Assembly (NCBI GenBank): GCA_016194865.1
Contig: JACQAT010000001.1
Span: 9,457-73,456, forward strand
From: Chloroflexota bacterium
GTDB taxonomy: Bacteria; Chloroflexota; Limnocylindria; P2-11E
Reading direction: 5' to 3'
DNA: 64,000 nt
Notes under the pieces: model-generated
What the model was told of the DNA's origin: nothing
The model's database searches: none
What the model saw: only the letters and a program-made list of their open reading frames with translations
Position numbers and translations under genes: made by a program
Shown: positions 25,678 through 34,133 of the stretch, piece by piece
Layout of the letters: every line of letters starts with the position of its first letter
How positions within the stretch are numbered: position 1 is the first letter of the stretch

Positions 25678-26715
25678 ATGATCCTGCGGTCGCTCCTGCC
25701 GTCACCCGACGACCTCGCATCGGCCACGGGCTGGCGGGTCGAGCCGCGCGGCGTGTGCCAGGGCGATGTCTGCGTCCCGCTGCGCCCCCGTACCGACGGG
25801 CTCGTCGACGTCGCCGCGCTCGCCGCGGCGCTGGGCGCGGCGATCGTGGAGGAGCCGGAGGCGGGCGTGTGGGCGCTCGGTCCCGGATCGGGCGGGCGCG
25901 CGCTGCTCAGCGCGAATGCACCGGAGCTCGCGCTGCCCGACCTGGCCGGCACCGCGTTCCACCTGTCGTCGCTCCTCGGCGCGAAGGTGCTCCTGGTCGC
26001 CTGGGCATCGTGGTGAGGCTGCCGCAATGACCTGCCCGTGTGGCAGGAGCTGCGCGAGGAGCTGAGACCGCGGGGCCTCGAGATCGTGACCGTCGCGCTC
26101 GATAGCGACCGCGAGAGCGCGCGGCCCTGGATCGAGAAGGCGGCGCCGCGGCATCCCTCGCTCATCGACACCGAGCATCGCTGCGACGAGCTCTTCGGGA
26201 TCGTCAACGTGCCGAGCGGCGTGTGGATCGACGAGCGCGGCACCATCGTCCGCCCGCCGGAGACGGCGTACCCGAAACGGCCCGCGTTCCTCGATCGCGT
26301 CGTTCCTCCCGACGCGACGCCACGGCAGCGCGAGCAGATCGAGGCGAACCGCGCGCTGCGCGTCGACGCCGAGGGCTACGTGGCGGCGCTGCGCGACTGG
26401 GCCGCGCGTGGCGCGGAGAGCCGCTTCGCGCTCGACTCCGCCGAGGTCGTGCGGCGCAGCCGCCCGCGGCCCATGAACGAGAGCGAAGCGGCGGCGCACT
26501 TCGCGCTCGGCCGGTACCTCCACGATGCCGGTCCGCGCGACCGCGCTGTCGCGCATTTCCGTGAGGCGCAGCGGCTCCAGCCGGACAACTGGACGTACAG
26601 GCGTCAGGCGTGGGCGCTCGCGGGCGACGATCGCGATCGGCTCTACGGGACGGACTGGCTCAGTGAAGTGAAGAAGATCGGGGCGGAGAACTACTACCCG
26701 GCGCTGGAGCTCTGA
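25678..26715 (+). CDS. ResA/TlpA-like thioredoxin-fold protein with in-frame UGA (candidate selenocysteine) at 26014..26016
   Basis: ORFs 25414..26016 and 26038..26715 share one frame. Read-through gives LLVAWASW-U-GCRNDLPVWQELREEL.. with the UGA at the first redox-Cys position. The downstream part keeps coding-like G/C third positions. A SECIS-like hairpin follows. Confidence 0.6.
26024..26053 (+). promoter_or_regulatory. SECIS-like stem-loop downstream of UGA 26014
   Basis: The upper stem CCUGCC/GGCAGG (26031-36 / 26042-47) carries apical loop CGUGU. The lower GCA/UGC pairs are at 26024-26 / 26051-53. The upper stem begins 15 nt after the UGA. Confidence 0.45.
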
Positions 26716-27803
26716 TGGCCGACGATCCTCAGTTGTTCTGGATCGGGCGCAACCCGTCGGGAGGGACCAGGTTGCCGTACCTCCTGCGGCTGCCGGTCTC
26801 CGGTGAGGGCCGGATCTTCCTCGCCACCCGGGATACGTGGCCGCGCGGAACCGATGTCTTCTGCCTCCAGGTCTCCGAATGGCCCGCCGAGGCCGAGATC
26901 GTGGAGCAGATCCCGGTCGAATCATGCTGGCGCGCGGGCGCCGCGATCCATCTCGTGCTGCGGCGCCCCCGCCAGCGCAGGTCTCTCTTCGTCTGGACCA
27001 GGAAGGGTGACCGCACCCTGGTGTTCTGGCGCTCGAACGCTTCCATGCGCCGGGCGCGACCCGGGATCAGGGTCCCGCTTGCGCGCGCCTTCGATGAGCG
27101 GCTCCTCGTGGCGGTCGACATCGGCGAGCGGTACCCATGGCGCTTCGCATTCCGTGACGTCGGGACCGAGCGCCGGCGCCTGCCGGTCGGCGACTACGCG
27201 CTCATCGAGAACGATCAGGTCGTCGCGGCGGTCGAGCGCAAGACGCCGCACGACCTCGCGACATCGTCGGTCGATGGCCACCTGCGGCTCGCGCTCGCCG
27301 AGCTGTCGGGGCTCCCGCACGCGGCCCTCGTGGTGGAGGGCCGACTCAGCGACGCGATCAAGGCCGCTGGTGAAGGACGCGTACGCCCGGGCTGGCTGCT
27401 CAACGTCGTCGCCGCGCTCCAGATCGAGTTCCCGTCCGTCACCTGGATGTTCGCGGAGACCCGGCAGCTTGCCGAGGATTGGGCGTACCGCTGGCTGGGT
27501 GCCGCGGCGCGCTTCCGGCGGCCCCGCGCGCTCCCACTGCTCGATGAGCGCGCGTTCGGGGAGGCGCCGATCTCGTATGCGGCCGGCACGCGTGTCCTGG
27601 ATGCGACGGCACGGCGGACGTTGCTCTTGCGCGAGGCCGAGTCCGGTACCGAGTGGACGAGTCGCACGGCGGCGGCGCGCTGTGGGGTGACGCAGGTGAC
27701 CGCGGCGTCGGACCTTCGCGCCCTCGTTGCCGCGAACGGACTCGAGCCGCTCGGCCGGGGTCGGGCACGGCGTTACCGCTCGATCTCGCCGCCGCAGGCC
27801 TGA
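26715..27803 (+). CDS. ERCC4 (XPF/Mus81-type) nuclease-domain protein with unknown N-terminal domain and C-terminal HTH-like tail
   Basis: TGATG overlap with the upstream gene. The central VAVDIGERY...GDYALIE...VERKTPHDL matches the GDxn-ERKxxxD ERCC4 signature. Residues 1-115 matched no family I know. The C-terminus (WTSRTAAARCGVTQVTAASDLRAL) looks HTH-like. Confidence 0.7.
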   Translation: MADDPQLFWIGRNPSGGTRLPYLLRLPVSGEGRIFLATRDTWPRGTDVFCLQVSEWPAEAEIVEQIPVESCWRAGAAIHLVLRRPRQRRSLFVWTRKGDRTLVFWRSNASMRRARPGIRVPLARAFDERLLVAVDIGERYPWRFAFRDVGTERRRLPVGDYALIENDQVVAAVERKTPHDLATSSVDGHLRLALAELSGLPHAALVVEGRLSDAIKAAGEGRVRPGWLLNVVAALQIEFPSVTWMFAETRQLAEDWAYRWLGAAARFRRPRALPLLDERAFGEAPISYAAGTRVLDATARRTLLLREAESGTEWTSRTAAARCGVTQVTAASDLRALVAANGLEPLGRGRARRYRSISPPQA

Positions 27804-28180
27804 ACGATCCGCGATGCATGCCCGAGCGCGATCGCGGAGTCTTCGGCGGAGAACGCGTCGCTGGGGATGCCGCCCGGAAGGCCGTTCGGGTAGCGCGTCG
27901 GGATGTAGTACTTGTCAAGTGCCGCTGCGGATCCGAACAGCTCAGCGAGGGTGGGTCTTCCGTCAGCCTGCGCCCGCACAAGCTCGGCGCAGGAGTGGCT
28001 GAGCATCCGCTCTTCACCGCTCAGATATGCGACCGCCTTCAGCGCCTTCTCTGCCGACTGCTGCGAGAGGAAGCAGGCCAGATGGTGGCGGCCGCCGCTC
28101 GCGTTGAACCGCGCATCGTCGAGGTCGCGTTCCGCTTGCGCGAGCCAGCGCTGCGCCTCGCTGGCGGGATCAGGATGCAT
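27773..28180 (-). CDS. HEPN-domain toxin of a HEPN/MNT (type VII-like) toxin-antitoxin pair
   Basis: 135 aa from ATG 28180. Motifs are WLAQAERDLDDAR, SAEKALKA and YYIPTRYPNG, typical of the HEPN domain. It overlaps the upstream nucleotidyltransferase gene by 11 nt. Confidence 0.8.
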   Translation of the reverse strand: MHPDPASEAQRWLAQAERDLDDARFNASGGRHHLACFLSQQSAEKALKAVAYLSGEERMLSHSCAELVRAQADGRPTLAELFGSAAALDKYYIPTRYPNGLPGGIPSDAFSAEDSAIALGHASRIVQACGGEIER

Positions 28181-28502
28181 GGAGAACGCGGCCCTCGCGC
28201 ACGGCCTGTCGCACGAACGTGCGACTTTGTGCGAGCTCATCCAGCTCGGCCGTCGTGTACACAAGGGCATCGACCGCGACCGGTGACTCCATCGCGTCGT
28301 AGACCGCCCCGAGTCTGTCGGCGAAACGGCCGGGCCGATCGAGGACGACGATGAGATCGATGTCGCTCGTCGCCGCGACGCGACCCGTGACCAACGAGCC
28401 GAAAAGAATGACCTTCTTCGCTCCGATGGCCACGAGGCGCTCGACGATGCCGGGCAGGGCTGCCTCGAGCTGCACGCGGCGCGCGATCGCGAGGTCATTC
28501 AT
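28170..28502 (-). CDS. minimal nucleotidyltransferase (MNT) antitoxin
   Basis: 110 aa with the GSLVTGRVAATSDIDLIVV pol-beta-type NTase signature (GS..., DxD). Confidence 0.85.
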   Translation of the reverse strand: MNDLAIARRVQLEAALPGIVERLVAIGAKKVILFGSLVTGRVAATSDIDLIVVLDRPGRFADRLGAVYDAMESPVAVDALVYTTAELDELAQSRTFVRQAVREGRVLHAS

Positions 28503-28542
28503 CGTCCGAGTGTCGCACGCCGGCGCGGACTCGCGTATGCCA

Positions 28543-29661
28543 TCAGTCCGCGCCTCGCGTGACCGCCTTTTCGTAGACGTCGTCCGCCAGACGCAGCGCG
28601 CGGCCGTTCCCGCCGTAGCGCTCCTTCGTGATCTCGGCGAGGATCGCGAGCGCGATCTCCTCGGGCGTGCGTCCGCCGAGGTCCAGACCGATCGGCGCGT
28701 GGACCGCGCGGATCCGCTCGTCCGGTACGCCCTCGTCCCGCAGCATGCGGTCGATGAGGATCGTCTTCCGCTTGCTGCCGAGCAGGCCGACGTAGCGCGC
28801 CTCGGTCTTCACCGCGGCGCGCAGGCACGACGCGTCCAGCTTGTGGCCGCGCGTCGCGATGACGATGAACGTGTTCCAGCCGATCGGGAGCGTCTCGAGC
28901 GCCGTGACCATGTCGAGGTTCAGCGCCTCGATCGGGGCGGGGAAGCGCGCGCGGTCCGCGAACTCGGCGCGGTCGTCGACGACCGAGACGTCGAGTCCGA
29001 GCATGACGCCCATCGTCGCGAGCGCGTGACCGACGTGACCGCCGCCGACGACGAGCAGGCGCGGCTTCGCCAGCACCGGCTCGACGAGCAGATCGTGCGT
29101 GTCGTCGAGCGGGACCGTGCGCGCGGTGCCTTCGCGCAGCGCCTCGGCCGCGAGCACGCGCGTCCGCTGATCGAGCGCCGCGCTCCCCAGCGTGCCGCCA
29201 CTGTGACCGTCGTGCTCGAGGTAGAGACGGCCGGCGGGCGCGAGGTCCTTGCCTCGCTTCTCGAGGAGCGACGCGAGCGCGACGGGCCGTCCGCCTGACG
29301 ACGCCGCGAGGACGTCTCCGAGCAGATCCCGCCCGCCGACCTGGAGCGCGCTCTCGCCCGGCTCGATCGCGATCCACATCGTGCCGCCGCAGACGAGGCC
29401 GGTGTCCCAGGCGAGATCCTCGGTGAGCTCGTACTCGCGTAGGGAGACCTGGCCGTTCGCCATGACGACCTTCGCTTCCGCGAACGCGTCGCCCTCGACG
29501 CAGCCGCCCCCGAGCGTGCCGACGGTGCGGCCGAGATCGTCGACGACGAGCTTCGCGCCGACGACCTGCGGGGTCGAGCCGCTCGTGCGCACCACGGTCG
29601 CCACCGCGAAGCGGCGACCCTCGCGCTCGAGCTCGGCCATGCGCGCGTAGATCTCACGCAT
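28543..29661 (-). CDS. XdhC/CoxI family molybdoenzyme maturation protein
   Basis: The N-terminal XdhC_CoxI block is FAVATVVRTSGSTPQVVGAKLVV...GGGCVE. The C-terminal Rossmann-like block is LLVVGGGHVGHALA. Confidence 0.85.
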   Translation of the reverse strand: MREIYARMAELEREGRRFAVATVVRTSGSTPQVVGAKLVVDDLGRTVGTLGGGCVEGDAFAEAKVVMANGQVSLREYELTEDLAWDTGLVCGGTMWIAIEPGESALQVGGRDLLGDVLAASSGGRPVALASLLEKRGKDLAPAGRLYLEHDGHSGGTLGSAALDQRTRVLAAEALREGTARTVPLDDTHDLLVEPVLAKPRLLVVGGGHVGHALATMGVMLGLDVSVVDDRAEFADRARFPAPIEALNLDMVTALETLPIGWNTFIVIATRGHKLDASCLRAAVKTEARYVGLLGSKRKTILIDRMLRDEGVPDERIRAVHAPIGLDLGGRTPEEIALAILAEITKERYGGNGRALRLADDVYEKAVTRGAD

Positions 29662-30223
29662 CGAGGTCGGCCCTCACGTCGACGTCCCGGACCACTCCGC
29701 GATCGTCCACATCCACATCCACACGCTCATTTTGATGCTTCTTGATCACCACGTGAAGGTTGGCCACGGGATCGGTCGCCGCGATCTCGTCTCTGAGCGT
29801 GGCCGGGAGCACGACCGGGTGCCCGCGCTTGCCGTTGAAGCGGGGCGACACGATCTTCCCGGGCGAGAACACGGCCAGCACCGCCGCTACCGTTTCTGGT
29901 CGCAGGAAGGGCATGTCGCCGGGGAGGACGACGATCGCGTCGCCGTCGACCTGCGCGACGCCGCACTGGATCGAGGAGAACATGCCGCGCGACGGGTCGG
30001 GGTTCTCGATCGCCCGGACGCGCGGGTCGAGGAACGCGTTCACGTCCTTCTCGAGCTCGGTCGCGCCCTTCGGGACGACGACGAGCACCTCGTCGACGCC
30101 GCCGTCGAGCAGCGAGGCGATGGTGCGGTCGAGGAGCGGCTGGCCGTCGATGGGCTCGAGGAGCTTGCGTCCGCCGAACCGCTCGGCGGAGCCGGCGGCC
30201 GGCACCACGCCGACGGAGCGCAT
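29654..30223 (-). CDS. MobA/MocA-like molybdenum cofactor nucleotidyltransferase
   Basis: 189 aa. Has the VVPAAGSAERFGGRKLL NTP-transferase loop and VVLPGDMPF. Its ATG shares one base with the stop of the FAD subunit gene (TGATG). Confidence 0.75.
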   Translation of the reverse strand: MRSVGVVPAAGSAERFGGRKLLEPIDGQPLLDRTIASLLDGGVDEVLVVVPKGATELEKDVNAFLDPRVRAIENPDPSRGMFSSIQCGVAQVDGDAIVVLPGDMPFLRPETVAAVLAVFSPGKIVSPRFNGKRGHPVVLPATLRDEIAATDPVANLHVVIKKHQNERVDVDVDDRGVVRDVDVRADLDA

Positions 30224-31239
30224 CAGGCCGCCAGCGCTCGCAACGCTCTCTCGGCGAAGACGCGCGCGGTGCGCTTGCGCTGGGAGATCGTGCCCGAGGT
30301 GTTGTCCATCGGCCGCGCCGCCTTGTGCACCGCGTCCGCCGCCGCGGCGATCGCGGCCTCGTCGAGCGAGCCGCCGATGAGCGCCTTCGCGGCGTCGGCG
30401 ACGAGCTGCGGCCGCGAGGCGACCGCCGTGAGCGCGACGCGCGCGTCGGTGACCCGCGCGCCGTCGCGCTTGACCGCGACGGCGAGGCCGACGATGGGGA
30501 AGTCGAATGAGCCGCGATCGCGCTGCTTGAGGTACGTGCTCCGCCATCCGGTCGCGTCCGGCAGCGTCACGGAGACGACGATCTCGTCGCGCGCGATCTT
30601 CGTGTGCGCGATGCCGTCCTCCTGATGGAGGTCGGCCAGCGCGACGGTCCGCGTGCCGTCGGCGCTCTGGATCGCCACCGACGCGCCGAGCGCGAGCAGC
30701 GCGGGCACCGTGTCGGCGCTCGCGACGGCGAGGCAGCGCGGGCTCGATGGCGCGACCCGGCACACGACCTCTGGGTGCGTCTTCATGCAGAAGCCCTCGG
30801 CGCCGCGCCAGAAGGCGGACTGGTCGTACCAATTGCAGCGCGTGTCGAGGCAGATGTTGCCGCCGATCGTGCCCATGTTCCGCAGCTGCGGCGTGCTCAC
30901 GAGGACCGCCGCCTCGGCGAGCGCGGTGTAGCGCTCGCGCACCTGCGCGTCGCTCGCGACCGTCGTCAGCGTCGTGCCGGCCTGGATGCGCAGGCCACTC
31001 TTGTCACGCGCGATGCCGGTCGCGTCCGCCACACCGCCGAGCGAGATCAGCACGCGCGGCGTGAACTGCCGGCGCTTCATGTTCGGGAAGAGATCGGTCC
31101 CGCCGGCGACGAGCATCACGGGGAGGCTGGGCGTCCCGCGCGTCAGGTCGCCCCTCGCGGCCCCGTGCGCGCGTAGCAGCGTCGCCGCCTCGGCGTACGT
31201 GCCCGGCCGCTCCATGGTGAAGGCGGGGAGCCTAAGCAT
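30223..31239 (-). CDS. FAD-binding subunit (HcrB/CoxM-like) with Cys-rich insertion
   Basis: VAGGTDLFPNMK FAD motif. The insertion is GNICLDTRCNWYDQSAFWRGAEGFCMKTHPEVVCRVAPSSPRCLAV, with Cys spacing 16/9/9. Confidence 0.85.
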   Translation of the reverse strand: MLRLPAFTMERPGTYAEAATLLRAHGAARGDLTRGTPSLPVMLVAGGTDLFPNMKRRQFTPRVLISLGGVADATGIARDKSGLRIQAGTTLTTVASDAQVRERYTALAEAAVLVSTPQLRNMGTIGGNICLDTRCNWYDQSAFWRGAEGFCMKTHPEVVCRVAPSSPRCLAVASADTVPALLALGASVAIQSADGTRTVALADLHQEDGIAHTKIARDEIVVSVTLPDATGWRSTYLKQRDRGSFDFPIVGLAVAVKRDGARVTDARVALTAVASRPQLVADAAKALIGGSLDEAAIAAAADAVHKAARPMDNTSGTISQRKRTARVFAERALRALAA

Positions 31240-33637
31240 TCGCCTTCTTCTTTTCTCTCGCCTCGGTCGTGAACGAGAGGCGGCGGAGCGCGGCATTCGC
31301 TGCCTCCTGGCCGTCGCCCATGCCCTCCGGTCCGATGCGGTCCTTCGGCATGCCCCGATTGTCGCGCTTGCCGAGCGCGGCGAGCACCTTGTCGGCGGTG
31401 ATCGGCGTCTCGTCGAAGCGCACGCCGATCGCGTCGTAGACCGCGTTCGCGATCGCGGGGATCACCGAGTTGAGCGGCCCCTCGCCCGCCTCCTTGGCGC
31501 CGAACGGTCCTTCCTTGTCGATCGTCTCGACGATGATCGCCTCGAGCTCCGGCGTGTCGAGCGAGGTCGGGATCTTGTAGTCGAGGAGCGACGGCTTCTT
31601 GTGTAGCCCCCCGCGGAAGACCTGCTCCTCGCCCATGATCTCGCCGTAGCCCATGTAGGCCGAGCCCTCGATCTGCCCTTCCACATTCGCCGGGCTGAGC
31701 GCGCGGCCGCAATCGTGCGCGGTCGTGATCCTGTCCACGGTCACGACGCCGGTCTCGAGGTCGACGCTGACCTCCGCCACCGACGCCTGGAACGAGTACG
31801 CGGGTGAGGGGCCGACGCCGGCGCCCTTGTAGCCGCCGCCGATCCCCTGCGGCGGCCTGTACGAGCCCGCCGCCGAGAGCGTGCCGTGCTTCGCCTCGGC
31901 GAGCACGACGGCGTCGTCGAACGTCACGAACTGCTCCGGGTCGCGAAGGTCGGTGATCCGGCGGTCCGCGGGAACGAGGCACTCCCTCGGTATCGCGAGC
32001 CTTTCCGAAGCGGCGTCGAGCAGCCACTCGCGCAGCTTCCACGCCGCGTCCTTGACCGCGTTGCCCGCCATGAACGTCACGCGGCTCGAGTACGAGCCGA
32101 GGTCCACGGGCGCGAGCGAGGTGTCGCCGGAGACGACATGGACGTCCTCGGGTCGCACGCCGAGGCACTCCGCGGCGACCGACGCGAGCATGTTGTCGGA
32201 GCCCTGGCCGATCTCGGCGGTGCCGCAGTACACGGTCACGCCGCCGCCGCGATCGAGCTTGACGGTCGCGCCCGAGTGCGGCATCTCGTTCCAGTAGATC
32301 GGCAGGCCGGCGCCGGAGATGTAGGCGCTGCCCGCGATCCCGACGCCCTTGCCGCGAGGCAGCTGCCCGTGCCGCTCGCTGTATTTCGTCTTCGCGCCGA
32401 GCTCGTCGAGGCACTGGCCGAGGCCCATCGACGTGATGCGCAGCTCGTTGACGGTGCGCGAGTTCGCGGGCTGCAGGATGCGCTTGCGGTACTCGAGCGC
32501 ATCGAAGCCGAGGTCGACCGCGATCTTGTCGAGCTGGCACTCGAGCGCGTAGCGGGGCTGTGTCGTCCCGTGCCCGCGCTTCGGGCCGCACGGCGGCTTG
32601 TTCGTGTAGACGCGGACGCCGTCGAACTTGTACGCGGGGATGCGGTAGGTCACCGTCATGAGCGCGCCGGTGTAGTAGGTCGTCGCGATGCCGTACGACG
32701 AATACGCCCCGCCGTCGAGCCAGCTCTGGAAATGCACCGCCGTGATCTCCCCGTCCTGCTTCACGCCGGTCTTGATACGCATCTTCACCGGATGCCGGCC
32801 GCGGTGCGCGTAGAAGACCTCCTCGCGGTCGAGGGTGATCTTCACCGGCCGCTTCGTGCGCATCGACAGCAGGCACGCCGCGAACTCATGCGCGAACGGA
32901 TCGCTCTTCCCACCGAAGCCGCCGCCGCTCGGCGTCGCGACCACGCGGATCTTCGCGCGGGGGAGCCCGAGCGCCTTCTCGAGCTCACGGTGGAGGTAGT
33001 GGGGGACCTGCGTGCAGGTCCAGATCGTCAGCTTGCCGTCGCCCTCGAATGACGCCACCGCGGAATGGCTCTCGATGGGCGCGTGCGTGTTGCCCTCGAA
33101 GAAGAACCAGTCGTCGCGCATGTGGTCCGCGCTCGCGAATCCGGCGTCGAGGTCGCCGAACGAGAGGTGGACCTCCTTGAAGATGTTCGCGCGGCGGCTC
33201 TTCTCATGGATCTTCGGCAGGTCCTCGCGCAGCGCGTCCTCGATGGTGAGGATCGGCGGCAGCGGGTCGTATTCGACATCGATCAGCGACATCGCCTCGA
33301 ACGCGGTGTCCTCATCGATCGCCGCGATCGCCGCGACCGGCTCGCCGACGTAGCGGACGCGGTCGATCGCGAGCGCGGTCTCGTCCTGGACCGACGGCAT
33401 GATCCCGATCGTCTCCGGCATGTCCGGGCCGGTGACGATCGCGACGACGCCGGGGTGGGCGAGCGCGCGCGAGACGTCGAGCTTCGTGATGCGCGCGTGC
33501 GCCTGCGTCGAGCGGAGCAGGCGCCCGTAGAGCATGCGCGGGAGGAAGAGGTCGTCGGCGTACTTCGCGGAGCCGGTGAGGTGCGCCCAGGAGTTGACCT
33601 TCGGGAGGCGCTTCCCGAGGACCGACAGCTCAGCCAC
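31232..33637 (-). CDS. molybdopterin-binding large subunit, xanthine dehydrogenase / 4-hydroxybenzoyl-CoA reductase-alpha-like
   Basis: About 801 aa from GTG 33637, which overlaps the small-subunit stop by 8 nt. Motifs are LTGSAKYADD, GGGFGGKSD and the GAKEAGEGPL region. Confidence 0.85.
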   Translation of the reverse strand: MAELSVLGKRLPKVNSWAHLTGSAKYADDLFLPRMLYGRLLRSTQAHARITKLDVSRALAHPGVVAIVTGPDMPETIGIMPSVQDETALAIDRVRYVGEPVAAIAAIDEDTAFEAMSLIDVEYDPLPPILTIEDALREDLPKIHEKSRRANIFKEVHLSFGDLDAGFASADHMRDDWFFFEGNTHAPIESHSAVASFEGDGKLTIWTCTQVPHYLHRELEKALGLPRAKIRVVATPSGGGFGGKSDPFAHEFAACLLSMRTKRPVKITLDREEVFYAHRGRHPVKMRIKTGVKQDGEITAVHFQSWLDGGAYSSYGIATTYYTGALMTVTYRIPAYKFDGVRVYTNKPPCGPKRGHGTTQPRYALECQLDKIAVDLGFDALEYRKRILQPANSRTVNELRITSMGLGQCLDELGAKTKYSERHGQLPRGKGVGIAGSAYISGAGLPIYWNEMPHSGATVKLDRGGGVTVYCGTAEIGQGSDNMLASVAAECLGVRPEDVHVVSGDTSLAPVDLGSYSSRVTFMAGNAVKDAAWKLREWLLDAASERLAIPRECLVPADRRITDLRDPEQFVTFDDAVVLAEAKHGTLSAAGSYRPPQGIGGGYKGAGVGPSPAYSFQASVAEVSVDLETGVVTVDRITTAHDCGRALSPANVEGQIEGSAYMGYGEIMGEEQVFRGGLHKKPSLLDYKIPTSLDTPELEAIIVETIDKEGPFGAKEAGEGPLNSVIPAIANAVYDAIGVRFDETPITADKVLAALGKRDNRGMPKDRIGPEGMGDGQEAANAALRRLSFTTEAREKKKANA

Positions 33638-34133
33638 CGCGCGCCATCCTCGCCGCGCTGTCGATGGCCTCGTAGATCGCCGTGTAGCCGGTGCAGCGGC
33701 AGAGGTTGCCCGAGATCGCCTGCGCCATGTCGTCGCGTGTCGGCGACGGGTTGCCGTCGAGCAGTGCCTTCGCCGACATGAGCATGCCGGGCGTGCAGTA
33801 GCCGCACTGCGCGGCGCCCTCTTCCGCGAACGCGGTCTGCAGCGGGTGGAGCTTTCGCGCCTCGCGCCCGGGGGCCCCTGCCCCCGCATCAGCCAGGCCC
33901 TCGACGGTCGTCACGATCGCGTCGCCGACCTGCATCGGGAGCGTGAGGCAGGAGAGCACCGCGACGCCGTCGACGAGCACCGTGCACGCGCCGCACTCGC
34001 CGAGCTCGCAGCCGTGCTTCGTGCCGGTGAGCTGGAGCTCCTCGCGCAGGACCTCGAGCAGCGTGTGGTGCGGCTCGGCCGCGACCGTGCGTGACTCGCC
34101 GTTCACGTTGAGCGTCAGCAGCTGCTTCGTCAT
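33630..34133 (-). CDS. (2Fe-2S)-binding small subunit
   Basis: Motifs CELGECGACTV and CGYCTPG...CRCTGY. ATGA overlap with the upstream IclR gene. Confidence 0.9.
   Translation of the reverse strand: MTKQLLTLNVNGESRTVAAEPHHTLLEVLREELQLTGTKHGCELGECGACTVLVDGVAVLSCLTLPMQVGDAIVTTVEGLADAGAGAPGREARKLHPLQTAFAEEGAAQCGYCTPGMLMSAKALLDGNPSPTRDDMAQAISGNLCRCTGYTAIYEAIDSAARMARGG

Noticed and set aside
26014-26016. Variant genetic code with TGA read as an amino acid, as the explanation for the in-frame TGA.
   Set aside because: TGA is used as a normal stop throughout the window, including many ATGA/GTGA overlap junctions (18694, 20979, 22767, 25162, 37719, 42782). Recoding must be local.
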